This document shows, piece after piece, positions 1 through 12,269 of a stretch of 64,000 nt of DNA. The number at the start of each line of letters is the position of its first letter. Positions within the stretch are counted from its first letter, which is position 1. Under the pieces are notes generated by a model. That model did not search any database. It was not told the origin of the DNA and saw only the letters and a program-made list of their open reading frames with translations. A program made the position numbers and the translations under genes. Origin of the DNA: Octopus sinensis (taxonomy: Eukaryota); contig NC_043008.1 in NCBI RefSeq assembly GCF_006345805.1, positions 41,168,001 through 41,232,000 of the forward strand, written 5' to 3'.

Positions 1-299
1 TCTTTCTCTTTTTCCTCCTTCTTTTCTCACCTATTTCTCTGGCCTATATCTTCATTTTAACATACATATTTCTTCTCTCCTATCTATCAACTTAATACTA
101 CCAATGCATTGTCAAATTTTCATTCACAACATAAGACTCTCTCAATGAGCATCACATAGAATCTATGTCTCCACACTTTCCGCTTGTGATGACAAAATAT
201 AAACTCCTATTTGAATTTACATACCACGGACAGGAAGCATTTCTACCATTTCTACACACCGTTTTCCTTGGATAATGGAACTGCAACTATAACATTTTA

Positions 300-530
300 T
301 ACGCTTTTATTTTCATTTCTACATTCATTCGCTTATTTCCCTATATACTCCTTATTTACGTCCTTTTCCAAAATAAATCCTGATATTAAACTCTAATAAT
401 TCCATCTGTTTAACCATGAAATAACCTCTCTGATGAAGGACTATCCCTAATATCCCAGAAACAGCTGTAAGTCTAACTTTCTCTTTAGAAATGACCTGAA
501 AATTCCACCGAGCCATGGCTTTGTTTTCTC
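300..530 (+). mobile_element. PLE-type terminal repeat fragment carrying a minimal hammerhead-like motif
   Basis: CTGATGA(430-436)...GAAAC-AGCT-GTA(458-469). A homologous degenerate copy lies on the minus strand at ~19060-19200 (shared cagctgtaag..ctttctcttta.aaatg...gaaaatt). Confidence 0.5.
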
Positions 531-1978
531 ATTTTAATTAACATATGTTTGTGTGTGGGTGTGTGAGTGTGTGAGTGACTGTGTGTGTGTGTGTGTGTGT
601 GGTGTGTGTGTGTGTGCGTGTGTGTGTGTGTGTGTATTTACATAGGGCAATGTACAAAATACACACCGAAAAATTATATAAACAACTGAAGGAATTCAAT
701 TTACACGATGGCGTGCATACATGAAAAGCATAATACATACATTATACATATTTCGAATGAATAGAGCCGAAAAGTCAAGTAAAGGTCACTCATGCTATCA
801 TAATTTGCCGAAGAACAATGAGAAGATATAAATTTAAAACGCCATGATAATTGGTTTTCGAATATCTTACCGTAAGAAATGCTTTAAAAAATGTCCTTGA
901 TTATTCACAATGATTTTCATATCATAAATAAAGACATTAATATAAAATGCGTGAATTAGAAATCAACTTTATATTCACGTTTATTTCAATTCCTTCATAT
1001 TTTATTCATGCTAACGTTTTTTTTTTTAATTTCAAATTCTTTCTGTTTGTTAAATGAGACTTTCTTTCTATACATTCCTGTATCTATAAATGTTTTTAAA
1101 ACTCGCTTATTTATATACCTTTTCTATATATTTTTAATATTGCTTATGGTTTACTATTTTCACAGCATGTATTAACTTGTGATGGTTCTGGAATCGAGTT
1201 TACTAAGATTCCCACAAATCCAAGCTTCAATCCCTCTCAATTGTCACTTTTTTTATTACGAGTTGGATTCCTTAAAATTTTCCATTGTGATATAATCCTA
1301 TTCTGATATCCGTCTTTCTTTTTCTACAGTGACAGTCCATATAAAGTAAGCAAATAACGTACGTAAGAGACTTAATTTTAACAGAGTTTCAAACGATATA
1401 GTCAGCCAAGTTGAAATAGATTTCGCTAAGTTTAAGCTAGACATCAGTGAAAAACAACAATACTTAATAAGTAATACCAATGATAATAATTCGTCAAAGA
1501 CGCTTGTTTATGCAAGGACATTCTAGATAATGCATTGTTTGAAATACCTCGATACACATGAGAATCATAAATCATGGGAGCCTAAAACATTTGCAGCTGC
1601 CGCGCTGTTACCGAAAACAGTAATGAAAACCAAATAAATATCATAAGTTAAGAGCAATAAAATATATTATAAAGAAACTATGAGACACTTATCTTCCAAA
1701 ACATATTGTATGCTTTGATTGCGGCTTTAAGATACAGTATACACAATCTTCATTATATCTGGAAATGTATCATATATGTGCTGCTTTCTCTTTGTAGAAG
1801 CAACATGCCTAATGCAATATTAGCTTCTATCAAATTGATATTACATCGTAGACGGACGAATCAGCACGGCGTCAGGCCGTAGTCATGCAGATAAATCCCT
1901 CTCACTGATTTTAGCTCGCTCCTCTCTTCTTCCATTACCAAGATGTCTGTGAAAACAGGCTTGTATTTGATTACAATT

Positions 1979-2020
1979 TAACCCTAACCCTAACCCTAAC
2001 CCTAACCCTAACCCTAACCC
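1979..2020 (-). repeat. Interstitial telomeric repeat (TTAGGG)7
   Basis: Seven perfect TAACCC units on the + strand, flanked by the 13-bp direct repeat TATTTGATTACAA (1964-1976, 2021-2033). Confidence 0.95.
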
Positions 2021-2815
2021 TATTTGATTACAACATTTTAACTATAACTATTTCGCCTGATGTATTCTGTAAATTAAAACATAATTTCATAAAATTTTCG
2101 AATATCTATTTAATTATATTTGTAAGATCAAATACACAGCATCAACTCAAACCAGGAAAATTGCAATAACTTAACAGCATGGCATTCTGACTCAGGTGCA
2201 GACGACAAATTTAACTGTGCTGAAATTACCGAATGACAAAATGACCGTTGGGAAATTGATGGTACTCGTAGGATGAATACTTCGTAGAAAAGGGATGAAA
2301 CGTTTTGATACTGCATCTCGTGCGTCGGTGGCATTGCTGTATAAGACTTGTTTTAAAGAAGGTTTTCTTAATCTAACTGTGTTGTGACTGGATTACTAAC
2401 AATATTCCTTTCAGAAGTTTAAAACAGACACTGAATTATTTTAGGTATGTGGATTACAGAAAAATTGCACAACAGTGTCAAAAATACGATAAAAATCTCA
2501 ACGGGCTGTACATGCCTTATCTTAAAATGGACGAAGAGAATTTTGAAGAGAATAACTCCGAGCCATAACCAAGAAATCCTTTCAACGGTAGCTGAAAATA
2601 TCTATGAGATGTAACCATGAAGCGGTTGCTAAAAAGCAATCCACCTATAATGATCCAATCATTTAAAAACATAAAGTAGAGCTACGTTTTCCTTTAATAC
2701 TGCATATTTGGCTGTCATCGTTTGCTTGTTTATCAGTAGCGTAGATTGCTCCTTCAACCGCTCAAATTTAGTATGTGTAAAATGATAATATATATATATA
2801 TATTATATATATATA

Positions 2816-2882
<67 letters not shown>

Positions 2883-3242
2883 TGTATATATATATAGTTT
2901 TATGCATTATTTATCAGTACGATATTTCTATTGTTTATTATTTCTCCTTCGCTCAACTAACCGTGTGTTATGGCCATCTTGCATTCCGCCGTTTCAACCG
3001 CACAAAATTGTTCGTTCAAAACGTTATGCCCTTCTCTTCGAATAAAATCCATAGTATTCGTTTTGCTGCATGGGCTTTATTCCAAGATTGACTTTACGAT
3101 AGTAGAATCCCCAATTTCCAAATAACCATATTTTATATTTAAATCTGATAGAATAATGTCGATTTAGTACACACTCTGCAAGTAAACGATTTATAAGAAA
3201 TGGTCATATTTTTCAAGTTACAACATATAAGTCAATGCCTAA

Positions 3243-3269
3243 AATAATAATAACAACAACAACAACAAC

Positions 3270-3328
<59 letters not shown>
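3243..3328. repeat. (AAT)n/(AAC)n microsatellite
   Basis: Direct reading. Confidence 0.95.
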
Positions 3329-3329
<1 letters not shown>

Positions 3330-3619
3330 CTATTATCAGAAATATATGACTATATGCATATGTACGCGTATACATAAAATAAATATATGTACATACAAAT
3401 AAACACACACCTGCATATATGCTTATATATGAATGTATATTTATATTGCATGTATAAATGTATATTAACACACTTTGCGGGAAAGAGTTAGATAAAACTG
3501 AATGGCTGAGAGATACACATATGGACAGGTACATTACAATTTACATAAATAAACTAATAGGCAAAGGGGGCGGTCGATATGTACTCTACAATTCCTTTCT
3601 ATACATCTATACATTCTCT

Positions 3620-3661
<42 letters not shown>

Positions 3662-3716
3662 CATACTCATATGTATATAGTGATTTATGCATATCTAATG
3701 TATATATTTATATATA

Positions 3717-3754
<38 letters not shown>

Positions 3755-4686
3755 TGTGTGTGAGTGTGCGTGTATGGATGTATATATATATACATACAGT
3801 GGTTTCCTTTTTTACTGGTCCGTGCGCCTTATATGTATTTAATAGGGAATTTGGGCATTTTTATGACTTATATTATAGGATTGATTGACACCGATAAGTT
3901 ATATTTTTTTCCTTATGACAAATGGGAAGAATTATCAAATTGACTTTTACGCAGAAGGAAGGAAAACATTGAACAAAAACGCATTTCTACCGACCATGAT
4001 GCATTTTTCAATTGTTTTTTACTATTCTGTTTTAGCCTTTTATTGTTATTTATATTTATATGTTGTATTTATATGTTTTGTATTTATATGTATTTATATG
4101 TATGCTGCATATTATTTATATGTATTTATATGTATGCTGCATATTATTGCAACATTTTATTCTGTGAATCAAAAACAATAAAAAATAAGAAGCATTGCTC
4201 CATCAGTGCATATAAACCAAAAAAATATATATATATTTCAGAAGTGATACATTATGCGAAGCATTTCAATAAATAAATATGGCGGAAATAATAATTTCGA
4301 TTTCTGAAGATGCTGCCTGCTGGTAATACTGGTGAAGAGGAGGAAAATAGTTGGAGGATAACGATGATCGTGACGGTAAGGATTAATATAATTTGTAATA
4401 AATGCAAGGAAAACAAATGTGGGAAAGAAGACAAACGAAGATAAGAAAACGAAAAGGATGAAGAAATAATAGACACCTACGTATGGGTAGTAAGCTTGCT
4501 TCCCAACAAGCAGCTTCTGCATTCGATCCTAGGGCGCAGCAATTGATATAATTGTACTCTGCAGTAAATTATATAGTAAAATGTGCTATGCATGGAATGT
4601 GATCTACATTCGCTGAAAAATTCATGCATACATACATAAATACATGCAACAATAACTCCTTATATGTATATGTATATATATATATA

Positions 4687-4872
4687 TTGCTTAGTTTTTC
4701 TTGGAGGGCTGGCCGTGATCTAATAATCTCAAGATTAATCAGCCGAAATTACTACGATGATCCGTTCTTGACTGAAGACTGAGGGGTTCGAATGTCCTGT
4801 CCATGTTTATTGTGTCGTCTTCTAAGAGTTATACGTTCTTGTCCATGTGTATTTTTCTACATACCTTAACAT
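4687..4872 (+). repeat. Unclassified interspersed repeat 'X', copy 1 (3' part)
   Basis: Near-identical to 5489-5700 and 44248-44460 (ttgcttagtttttcttggagggctggccgtgatc...ctacataccttaa). Confidence 0.85.
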
Positions 4873-4981
4873 ATTCCAGGCGCCCCGTACCCACCTTATC
4901 ATTAATGTGAGCACATATTCTTATAATTGGTACGACTCTCTTTTTGTCTCCCTCTCTCTCTCATTTTTAACTTGACCTGTC

Positions 4982-5021
<40 letters not shown>

Positions 5022-5204
5022 CATCCTCTTTTTCTCTTCTCTTTACCCTCCTTTTTCTTTGTCTCGCTCTGCACTCACAGGTCATTCTTCGACACCATCC
5101 CTTCTCCTCTCTGATCCCTTCTTTCTCTCTCTTCTCTCTTTGTTGCGTTTTGTCCCTCGTCTCTCTCTCTCTTCCTTTGCTTCTCTTTCTTTTCTTTTCC
5201 CTCT

Positions 5205-5700
5205 TCTCTGTCACGTGACTGTTGGCCGAAATCTGCCTTTCAGCTCCTGACCCTCGTCGTGTTAACATCGTTGTTTTTCGTCCGCCGCTATAAAGGCTTC
5301 TTCCAATGCGCCAGAGAAAAAATTTGTTTGCTTGTTATCAGTCGTAAGACACTTGTTGTTTTCACCGTTAATGCTTCTGTATTTCATGTTTCTGTATTCC
5401 ATTATTGTTTTTTGTTTTTTTATATCTGTCCCTTTTGCTGTCCTGGGGTTCGTATGCATTCGATCCTTCTTCCAGGAAATCTACGCTTCCAGCTTAGTTT
5501 TTCTAATGCTCGTTGCTTAGTTTTTCTTGGAGGGCTGGCCGTGATCTAGTAATCTCAAGATTAATCAGCCGAAATTACTACGATGATCCGGTTCTTGACT
5601 GAAGACTGAGGGGTTCGAATGTCCTGTCCATGTTTATTGTGTCGTCTTCTAAGAGTTATACGTTCTTGTCCATGTTGTATTTTTCTACATACCTTAATAT
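5205..5700 (+). repeat. Unclassified interspersed repeat 'X', copy 2 (longest)
   Basis: Shares its 3' ~200 bp with the copies at 4687 and 44248 and ends in (TA)n. The 5' boundary is uncertain. Confidence 0.75.
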
Positions 5701-5768
5701 ATATATATATATATATATATCATGGTATGTGACTGAGGGTGTCCAGACACCAACACACACACACAAAC

Positions 5769-5855
<87 letters not shown>

Positions 5856-5979
5856 GGTCTGCTATCGAAATGTTAAATGTCGTAAAAAGTGGTTTGGTAA
5901 AAAGGAAATAGCTCAAACACAACCGAGAAGGGAACTTCATGTGAAAAAGTTTCTTCACTCTATCTGTTGGGATTGCAAA

Positions 5980-6021
<42 letters not shown>

Positions 6022-6235
6022 AAGCGACGAAAATATTTTGTCAAATTAAATTTAAATGTTGAAATGAATGTAACGGTTTTGTGTGTTTCTTAAATGGCAT
6101 ATAAACACCTTCCACGCTGCAAATGTTTTCGTTCCAGCACAAGATCTCAGATCAAGTCACTCGCTACACACGTACATCTCGCCCCCCCTCTCTCTCTCTC
6201 TCTCTCTCTGTGACCGCGTGTGTACCGTTGGCGAT

Positions 6236-6420
6236 TTTTTTCCTCTGTCTTCCCTTTTCTGGATCTTTCTTTCTCCTATGTTTCCGACGAAGAGCTCCGC
6301 TCGTAACGTTAAACCCTTCTTCTTTCCTTCTTTCCTGAGCGTCCAATAATACTATATTTGTTCCACGTCCTCGCGTTGTTGCGTTTCTGTGCTTTCTTGT
6401 TTGGATTAACTATATATATA
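6236..6420 (+). repeat. Interspersed repeat 'Y' (PLE terminal-repeat-like) with degenerate hammerhead motif
   Basis: Homologous to 55264-55432 (ctatgtttccgacgaagagctc...cctgagcgtccaataat...tttggattaactatata). Contains ccgacga-a-gagc-tcc-gctc-gtaac-gtt. Confidence 0.7.
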
Positions 6421-8200
6421 TATTGCTTATATATATTGCTTATATATAAACAATGGCACGGACTAATAGTAAATTATCAGATATAGGTTGTTCAGTGGTC
6501 AACCACAACCATTGTGAAGGAATTTATCAAATTCATTAGGTTAAATGTTTTTGCTTCGAACAAGAGACAAAGAAATGATATAAAATTCTAAAATACTCAT
6601 AAAATTTATGCAAATAACAGAGTTTTCGTCAGAATTCTATTGTAGTGTAACCATTTAAAAAGAAATAACGAACTGTCTGCTTTTCATGTCCGTGTATTGC
6701 TTGGTATATAAGCAGAGTGTGTTTCTTTCAGATGCTTGTGGATTTGAGGTAAAGGATTAAAATCTGAAATTGCAAGTCGAATCCAAAAACCACACTAAAA
6801 TGTCTGCAATACACATCAAATCAGAAAGATGAATGGCGCAGTCTAATGTCTTTTTCGATGTATGAGAATTTTCTCGTTCTTCCAACTATAAAGCAGCTCC
6901 AAATTCTATTTAATGTCATCAGATTAACTAATTCGACAGGCTACTAATGCAAAATGCAGGATTTAGACAGCTATTACACACAATCTGCCTTTGATAAGTG
7001 AAATTAAAGTGCGATAAAGAGTATAAAATGGATTTCTTTGATTTTTATTCTACGCTAGTGAAACGTATTATTATCTTTATTATAGCTTGCAATGCCCATA
7101 AACTCGCTACTATGCTACTATGCTTATACAATACTGAATATCCACAGGTGTAAATTTAAACGTGCATATATTGTACGGTCTCTGTGGATAATTTGTTATG
7201 ATAGAAGATCTAAAGTTTTATATCTGCCAATCTAAATTTGTTCAAAAACGTGGTAAACAGGCAGAGCTTTTAAAGACTACGAATGCAAAACCACAGACAT
7301 AGGAATGTGAATTATTTTAAACGACACAACTGTAAGTTGTTGAATGGACGATTAAACTTTTCGTAATTCGATTGAAATCAAACTGTTTTTTCTTTCTGGA
7401 GAATCTATTGATGAATTTTTGGAAGGGAGTGAAATATAATGTGAGAGCAAAAATATTTAATTCAAAAAATAAAAATCTACATTATCTCGATTTATTCATG
7501 AAATTCCGAAAAGTCAATTTATGCACTTGTTTGAATTTTATATTGCATAAAATACCTTACTAGTAATAGGGTTCGTCTTTGAAAATTGGATTCCATAATA
7601 AAAAAAAAGATATAGATCACTTTAACTGAGAATCCAAATACATATCATTCTAGAGACTTACAATCGGCTTGCTTGTGCAAGTGATGTCAATCGAAAGCTC
7701 TGCATATCTGACACCACTAGATTTCACGGTTCATCAGGACAGAACGCTCAGCATTTCTGGGCCTTCCTCTCGACTGCTTTATAACGCACGAACCCCTAAC
7801 TATTGTGAGATCTCTAGCATTTGATTTTAATTCATTCAACCATAAATGATTTCTTCGCAGTTATTTTGTTTGTGTATTTGGAATCTCATTTTTGAGAGCT
7901 CATCCTAACATTTTGTGATCTTTAGTCAGTAAAATAATTTAAATTATAGAAGTGATTTTAAAAATCTCAAGCGCAGGATAATGCTAACAACATAGCCTGA
8001 ACAGGATAATTTACCCCTATGTTTCAGAAAAAAATGTTGGCGGCCGGCTATGAGACTCGAACTCACACAAGATGGAAGTGGAAATAGCGCATAAGTAAAT
8101 CAATGTCATTTAAATTTAGAAACAATTAAATAAAATGATTTTAAAATAACGTAAAGAAAGTATCAAATATTACCGGTTTCGATGGTGAATTTTGTTTTAT

Positions 8201-8231
<31 letters not shown>

Positions 8232-8652
8232 GGCGTGGGAGCGGCCGCGTGGTAAGTAGTTTGCTTACCAACCACATGGTTCCGGGTTCAGTCCCACTGC
8301 GTACCACCTTGGGCGAGTTACTTCTACTATAGCCTCGAGCCAACCAAAGCCTTGTGAGTAGACGGAAACTGAAAGAAGCCCGTCGTATATATATGCGTAT
8401 ATATATATTTGTGTGTGTATATATATATATGTACGTGTGTGCATTTGTTTATGTGTCTGTGTTTGTCTCCCAACATCGGTTGACAACCGATGCTGATGTG
8501 TTTACGTCCCTGTAAGTTAGCGGTTCGGCAAAAGAGAACGATAGAATAAGTACTAATCGTACAAAAATAACTCCTGGGGCCGATTAGCTCGACTAAAGGC
8601 GGTGCTCCAGCATAGCAACAGTCAAATGACTGAAACAAGTAAAAGAGTAAAA
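8232..8652 (+). mobile_element. tRNA-derived SINE with internal (TA)/(TG) microsatellite, full length
   Basis: A-box-like head (ggcgtgggag..gcgtggtaag), B-box-like ggttccgggttcagtccc, central ccttgggc..ggccgaccaaagccttgtgag domain and tail gactgaaacaagtaaaagag. At least 8 related copies occur in the window. Confidence 0.9.
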
Positions 8653-9329
8653 GGGCATATGTATGTATATATGTGTGTAAGTGTTTCTCTATGTACGTAT
8701 CTATTATGCAACAGTGTTTCTATAAACCACTAGTAAAAGTTTCGTCTCTCAAATGTCCTTTTATTTATAAGTTTCACTTACCAATTATTTCTAAATAAAG
8801 CGTTATCACTATTTTAAAAGAAGTCCTCGTAGATCTACAACGAGGAACTGATCCATTTCCATTTATTTGTGAAAAATCAATTACTGTCGTTTTTTACAAG
8901 ATCCAGGTGTTTCATATTTGTTTTCAATTATTCCTTGTTACACTGACCTCCTGTTGCTCTATTACATTATGTATACTTTAACATTTCACTTCTACCGCAT
9001 TATTGACATTTACAAACTATTCTTTTGTGTTCTCTTCTCATGTGTATTATAAATTTATTTAGAACAGTTTCTGTGAAGTATTGAGAGATTTTACATTAGA
9101 TAAAATCTTGATGAGGTCGAAACGATGGGATATCAAATGCAACACGAACTATTAAAGTACAAACAGAATAACTTTTGATGTTTTTAATTTTTATTTCGTC
9201 ATGTCGAGGATCCCCCCTTCCTCAGATCACGTGTAGAAATAAGTGGTGAAATAAATTACATCGTTCTGTAGAAATTTGTGAGGGGATAATAACATAGATA
9301 AACTGGTGTTGGAATAATTGCTATTCTAC

Positions 9330-9815
9330 TTCTTATCGGTCTTTTACGCCTCTTTATATCCGGTTCATGCTTGATAATATAGCTTTCTTGATTCGAGGAT
9401 TGCCTGCATTGCGTTCATTGAGGCACATGCATGCTGTAAATTTTGGGATCTGTCACTTTTGCAGGGGTTTATGTCCTAAGGTATTTGTGGGCACATGTTG
9501 CGTTGACAGAGATGCGGAGGATGCACCACATTTGCTGCAGACTAGGTGGTATGCAACGTAAATATTTAAATTGTTGATTTGAAAATTAGTAAATGTGTTT
9601 CTCAGAAACTGTTGCTGGAACGATTTCTGGACAAATATTTTCGTAGGGAGTGACCGGAGCGTGCCCTCTAAATAAATTATCTCTCCCTGTAAATGACAGG
9701 GATGGATACAAATTTCTGTTTTAAGTCTTCGTTGTAGCTGTCGAATTTCTTGTATATGACGGTGATCTCTTTCCTGGAGGAAGTAGGTATTAAGATATCA
9801 TCCACTTACCTGAGA
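9330..9815 (-). mobile_element. Degraded Penelope-like element (RT motif fused to GIY-YIG remnant)
   Basis: Minus-strand translation gives LR*VDDILIPTSSRKEITVIYKKFDSYNEDLK (RYVDD-type RT motif), VAYHLVCSKCGAS (GIY-YIG start) and ESYIIKHEPDI (PLE C-terminus), with stops and frameshifts. Confidence 0.7.
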
Positions 9816-9959
9816 AAGAAGAAGCAGGTATTTCAAGTACTCAGCACCGTACATTCTAGCTGGTCTAACTGAGCATCCAGACTAGTCTGGAGGCTTGTGT
9901 CTGCCGATTTACAACTCAGGATTACTAAGCAATATTTACAATAAGGAGGCTATTAGGAA

Positions 9960-10600
9960 TATATATGTGCAATACTAACAGTCACGCAATCAGACCCAAA
10001 GCCAACGACCTACGAGACGCAATTTCCCGTATAAGCAATAGATACACCGACGCAGCTGCTAAAGCTGCTAATACCACATGGCACCAGAAAATCCCATTAA
10101 ACAACGACTAACCACCATTTTTTCTAAATGACAGCATATTAAGCTATTGTTAATAATCTTCATACCAATCCCATACTTCTGGGTCTGGCCAGGCTTCCTA
10201 AAACTAATTTAATTCGACAATCTAACTACTGCTCTAATCCATCATGCTACCAGCAGCGTATGACAAAGCATACAAAGGTGCATTATGATTCATCCCTAAC
10301 GAACCTTCTGTCTAGAAGTTGTAACACAAAATGCATCGTAGAGAAAGCAATGCGGAATTGCACCATCACCGAGGGCCTACATTGTATAAGAGATAGTCTA
10401 CAGCAAACTTAGAGCATACTGCAATTTTAAGCAATCTCAGAAAACTACCACAATCGCATGAAGGACAACACGCACACTAAATTTTCACTTCATAAACGCC
10501 TGCAGAAGTATCAAACTCAGAAATTTGCAATATCCACGTGGGACACTGAACGCAACACAAGCAAACGCGAATCAAGAAAGCTACCCTAGTTATAATATCA
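9960..10600 (+). mobile_element. Degraded Penelope-like element (linker + GIY-YIG remnant)
   Basis: CNTKCIVEKAMRNC resembles the CxTxNVVYxxxCxxC motif. The 3' segment tgaacgcaa..cgaatcaagaaagcta is homologous to the minus-strand fragment at ~9375-9430. Confidence 0.5.
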
Positions 10601-10919
10601 AATTAGCTGTAAGGTACAGAAAGGAGCTACACGTAGCAGACATGCTGTTACAGTAACCTCAATATGTCTATATCAATATCCACTCTCACATATCTGAGCA
10701 ACGATATCTTATCCGTTCCATCTCTTACTTTTCCATGTATCATGAGGAAGAGTGCCTAGTTAGAAATATTAAAATACAATGTAAATTTTCAACTAGAAAA
10801 ATTAAATGTAATGGTTTTTTCTTAATATTTCCATCGTATATGGAAAGTGGGAACCAGGAGAGTGCATACGTATAATGGTATGAGGGAGAAAAAACTCGAA
10901 AGAGAAGAACACGAAAGGA

Positions 10920-11080
10920 GAAGAGGAAGGAGAAGAAGAAGAAGAAGAAGAAGAAGAAGAAGAAATGTAGAAGAAGAAGAAGAAGAGAAGAAGAAGAAGA
11001 AGAAGAAGAAGAAGAAGAAGAAGAAGACGAAGAAGAAGAAGAAGAAGAAGAAGAAGAAGAAGAAGAAGAAGAAGAAGAAA
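10920..11080. repeat. (GAA)n microsatellite
   Basis: Direct reading; it explains the poly-K/poly-F ORFs. Confidence 0.95.
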
Positions 11081-11102
11081 GGGAGAGAGGGAGAAGTAAC
11101 TA

Positions 11103-11280
11103 CAGTGGGCAATACCGCATATAGCAAAACGGTTTATCCAGTCGTATGCTGGGGTGTGTCAGACAGTACAAGCGTCCGGTGGAAGACGATGTGGTTAACA
11201 AGTGGACTGTCTGTACTAGCTGACACACCGCCCACATACGACTGGGAAAACCGTTTTGCTATATGCAGCACTGCCCACTG
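11103..11280. mobile_element. Tc1/mariner-type MITE (178 bp, palindromic throughout)
   Basis: TA|CAGTGGGC...GCCCACTG|TA. The first 46 bp match the reverse complement of the last 46 bp at 41/46 positions. Confidence 0.85.
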
Positions 11281-11796
11281 TATTTTCTTCTCCCTCTCCG
11301 TTTTTTCTACTTCTTCTTCCTCTTCTATTTTTTATTTTTTCCTTTTCTTCATTCTTCTTCATTCTTCTTCATTCTACTTCATTCTCTCATTTTTTCATCT
11401 TTTTTTTCATTCTTTTTCATCCTCTGTTTATTTTCTCTTATTCCTTTCTGTTGAAGAGCGTAGGCTCAAAACGTGAAAGACTTTTTTCAATTTTCCCGAG
11501 TGTCAAACTAATACACTTGCTTGTTGTTCATAGACCTGCCTTCGTCCTTTATTTCTCTATAAATTTCAACTGAAGTTGAAATTATCAACACAGAGTAGCT
11601 GCCAACTTTACTAGGTGGCGCTACTATACCACGGTAACAAATTTCCTTTCCAGGACAGCCACATTATGTTGGCAAATAGTCTTTACTTTCAAGAACTGTT
11701 ACCGGATATATGTCTTTGAGAGATTTAGAAATAATCCTGTTTCTATATATATACATATATTTATATATATTATATATATATAATATATATATATAT

Positions 11797-11846
<50 letters not shown>

Positions 11847-11868
11847 TAGAGATAGATAGAGATATATG

Positions 11869-11899
<31 letters not shown>

Positions 11900-12229
11900 G
11901 TATGTAAGTATGTATGTGTGTGTGCTTTTGTGTGTGTGTGTGTGAGTGAGTGTGTGTGTGTGTGTATATATATGTATATTTATATATGTGTGTGTGTATA
12001 TACACATGTATATTTGTGTATTGAGACATTTATATGCGTTTACACGCATACCGATGCACGCACAAATATATAGAGGGAAAACGAAATTGTATTAGAGAAA
12101 CACGCACCTGCAACCTCACGTGCGCCCGCGTGCGAGCAGACGCAAACACACACAAATGCACACCTCATATATGATTATATACGTAATATTGGTAATATTT
12201 CTTTGCTAAGTGTAACTATGTAGCTGAAG

Positions 12230-12269
<40 letters not shown>

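Noticed and set aside
2170-2520. HSDSG and FRYVD words suggesting integrase or RT
   Set aside because: Spacing and frames are inconsistent with either domain.
4770-4805. CTGAAGA...CGAAT in repeat X as a hammerhead
   Set aside because: GAAA is absent in all three copies and helix II does not pair.
6732-6748. 17-nt candidate micro-exon (tttctttcAG|ATGCTTGTGGATTTGAG|GTaaag)
   Set aside because: It is short enough to occur by chance in 64 kb, and no partner exons were found.
8039-8075. tRNA-like T-arm and CCA on the minus strand (gtgagttcgagtctcat..gcca)
   Set aside because: No D-arm, anticodon arm or 5' acceptor strand; at most a decayed SINE or tRNA fragment.
10847-11476. 209-aa Lys/Arg-rich ORF
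   Set aside because: It is the translation of (GAA)n, a MITE and (TTC)n; there is no coding signal.
11610-11623. CTCF-like motif ACTAGGTGGCGCTA
   Set aside because: The 5' half of the motif (CC) is missing; a single partial match without binding data is not supportable.
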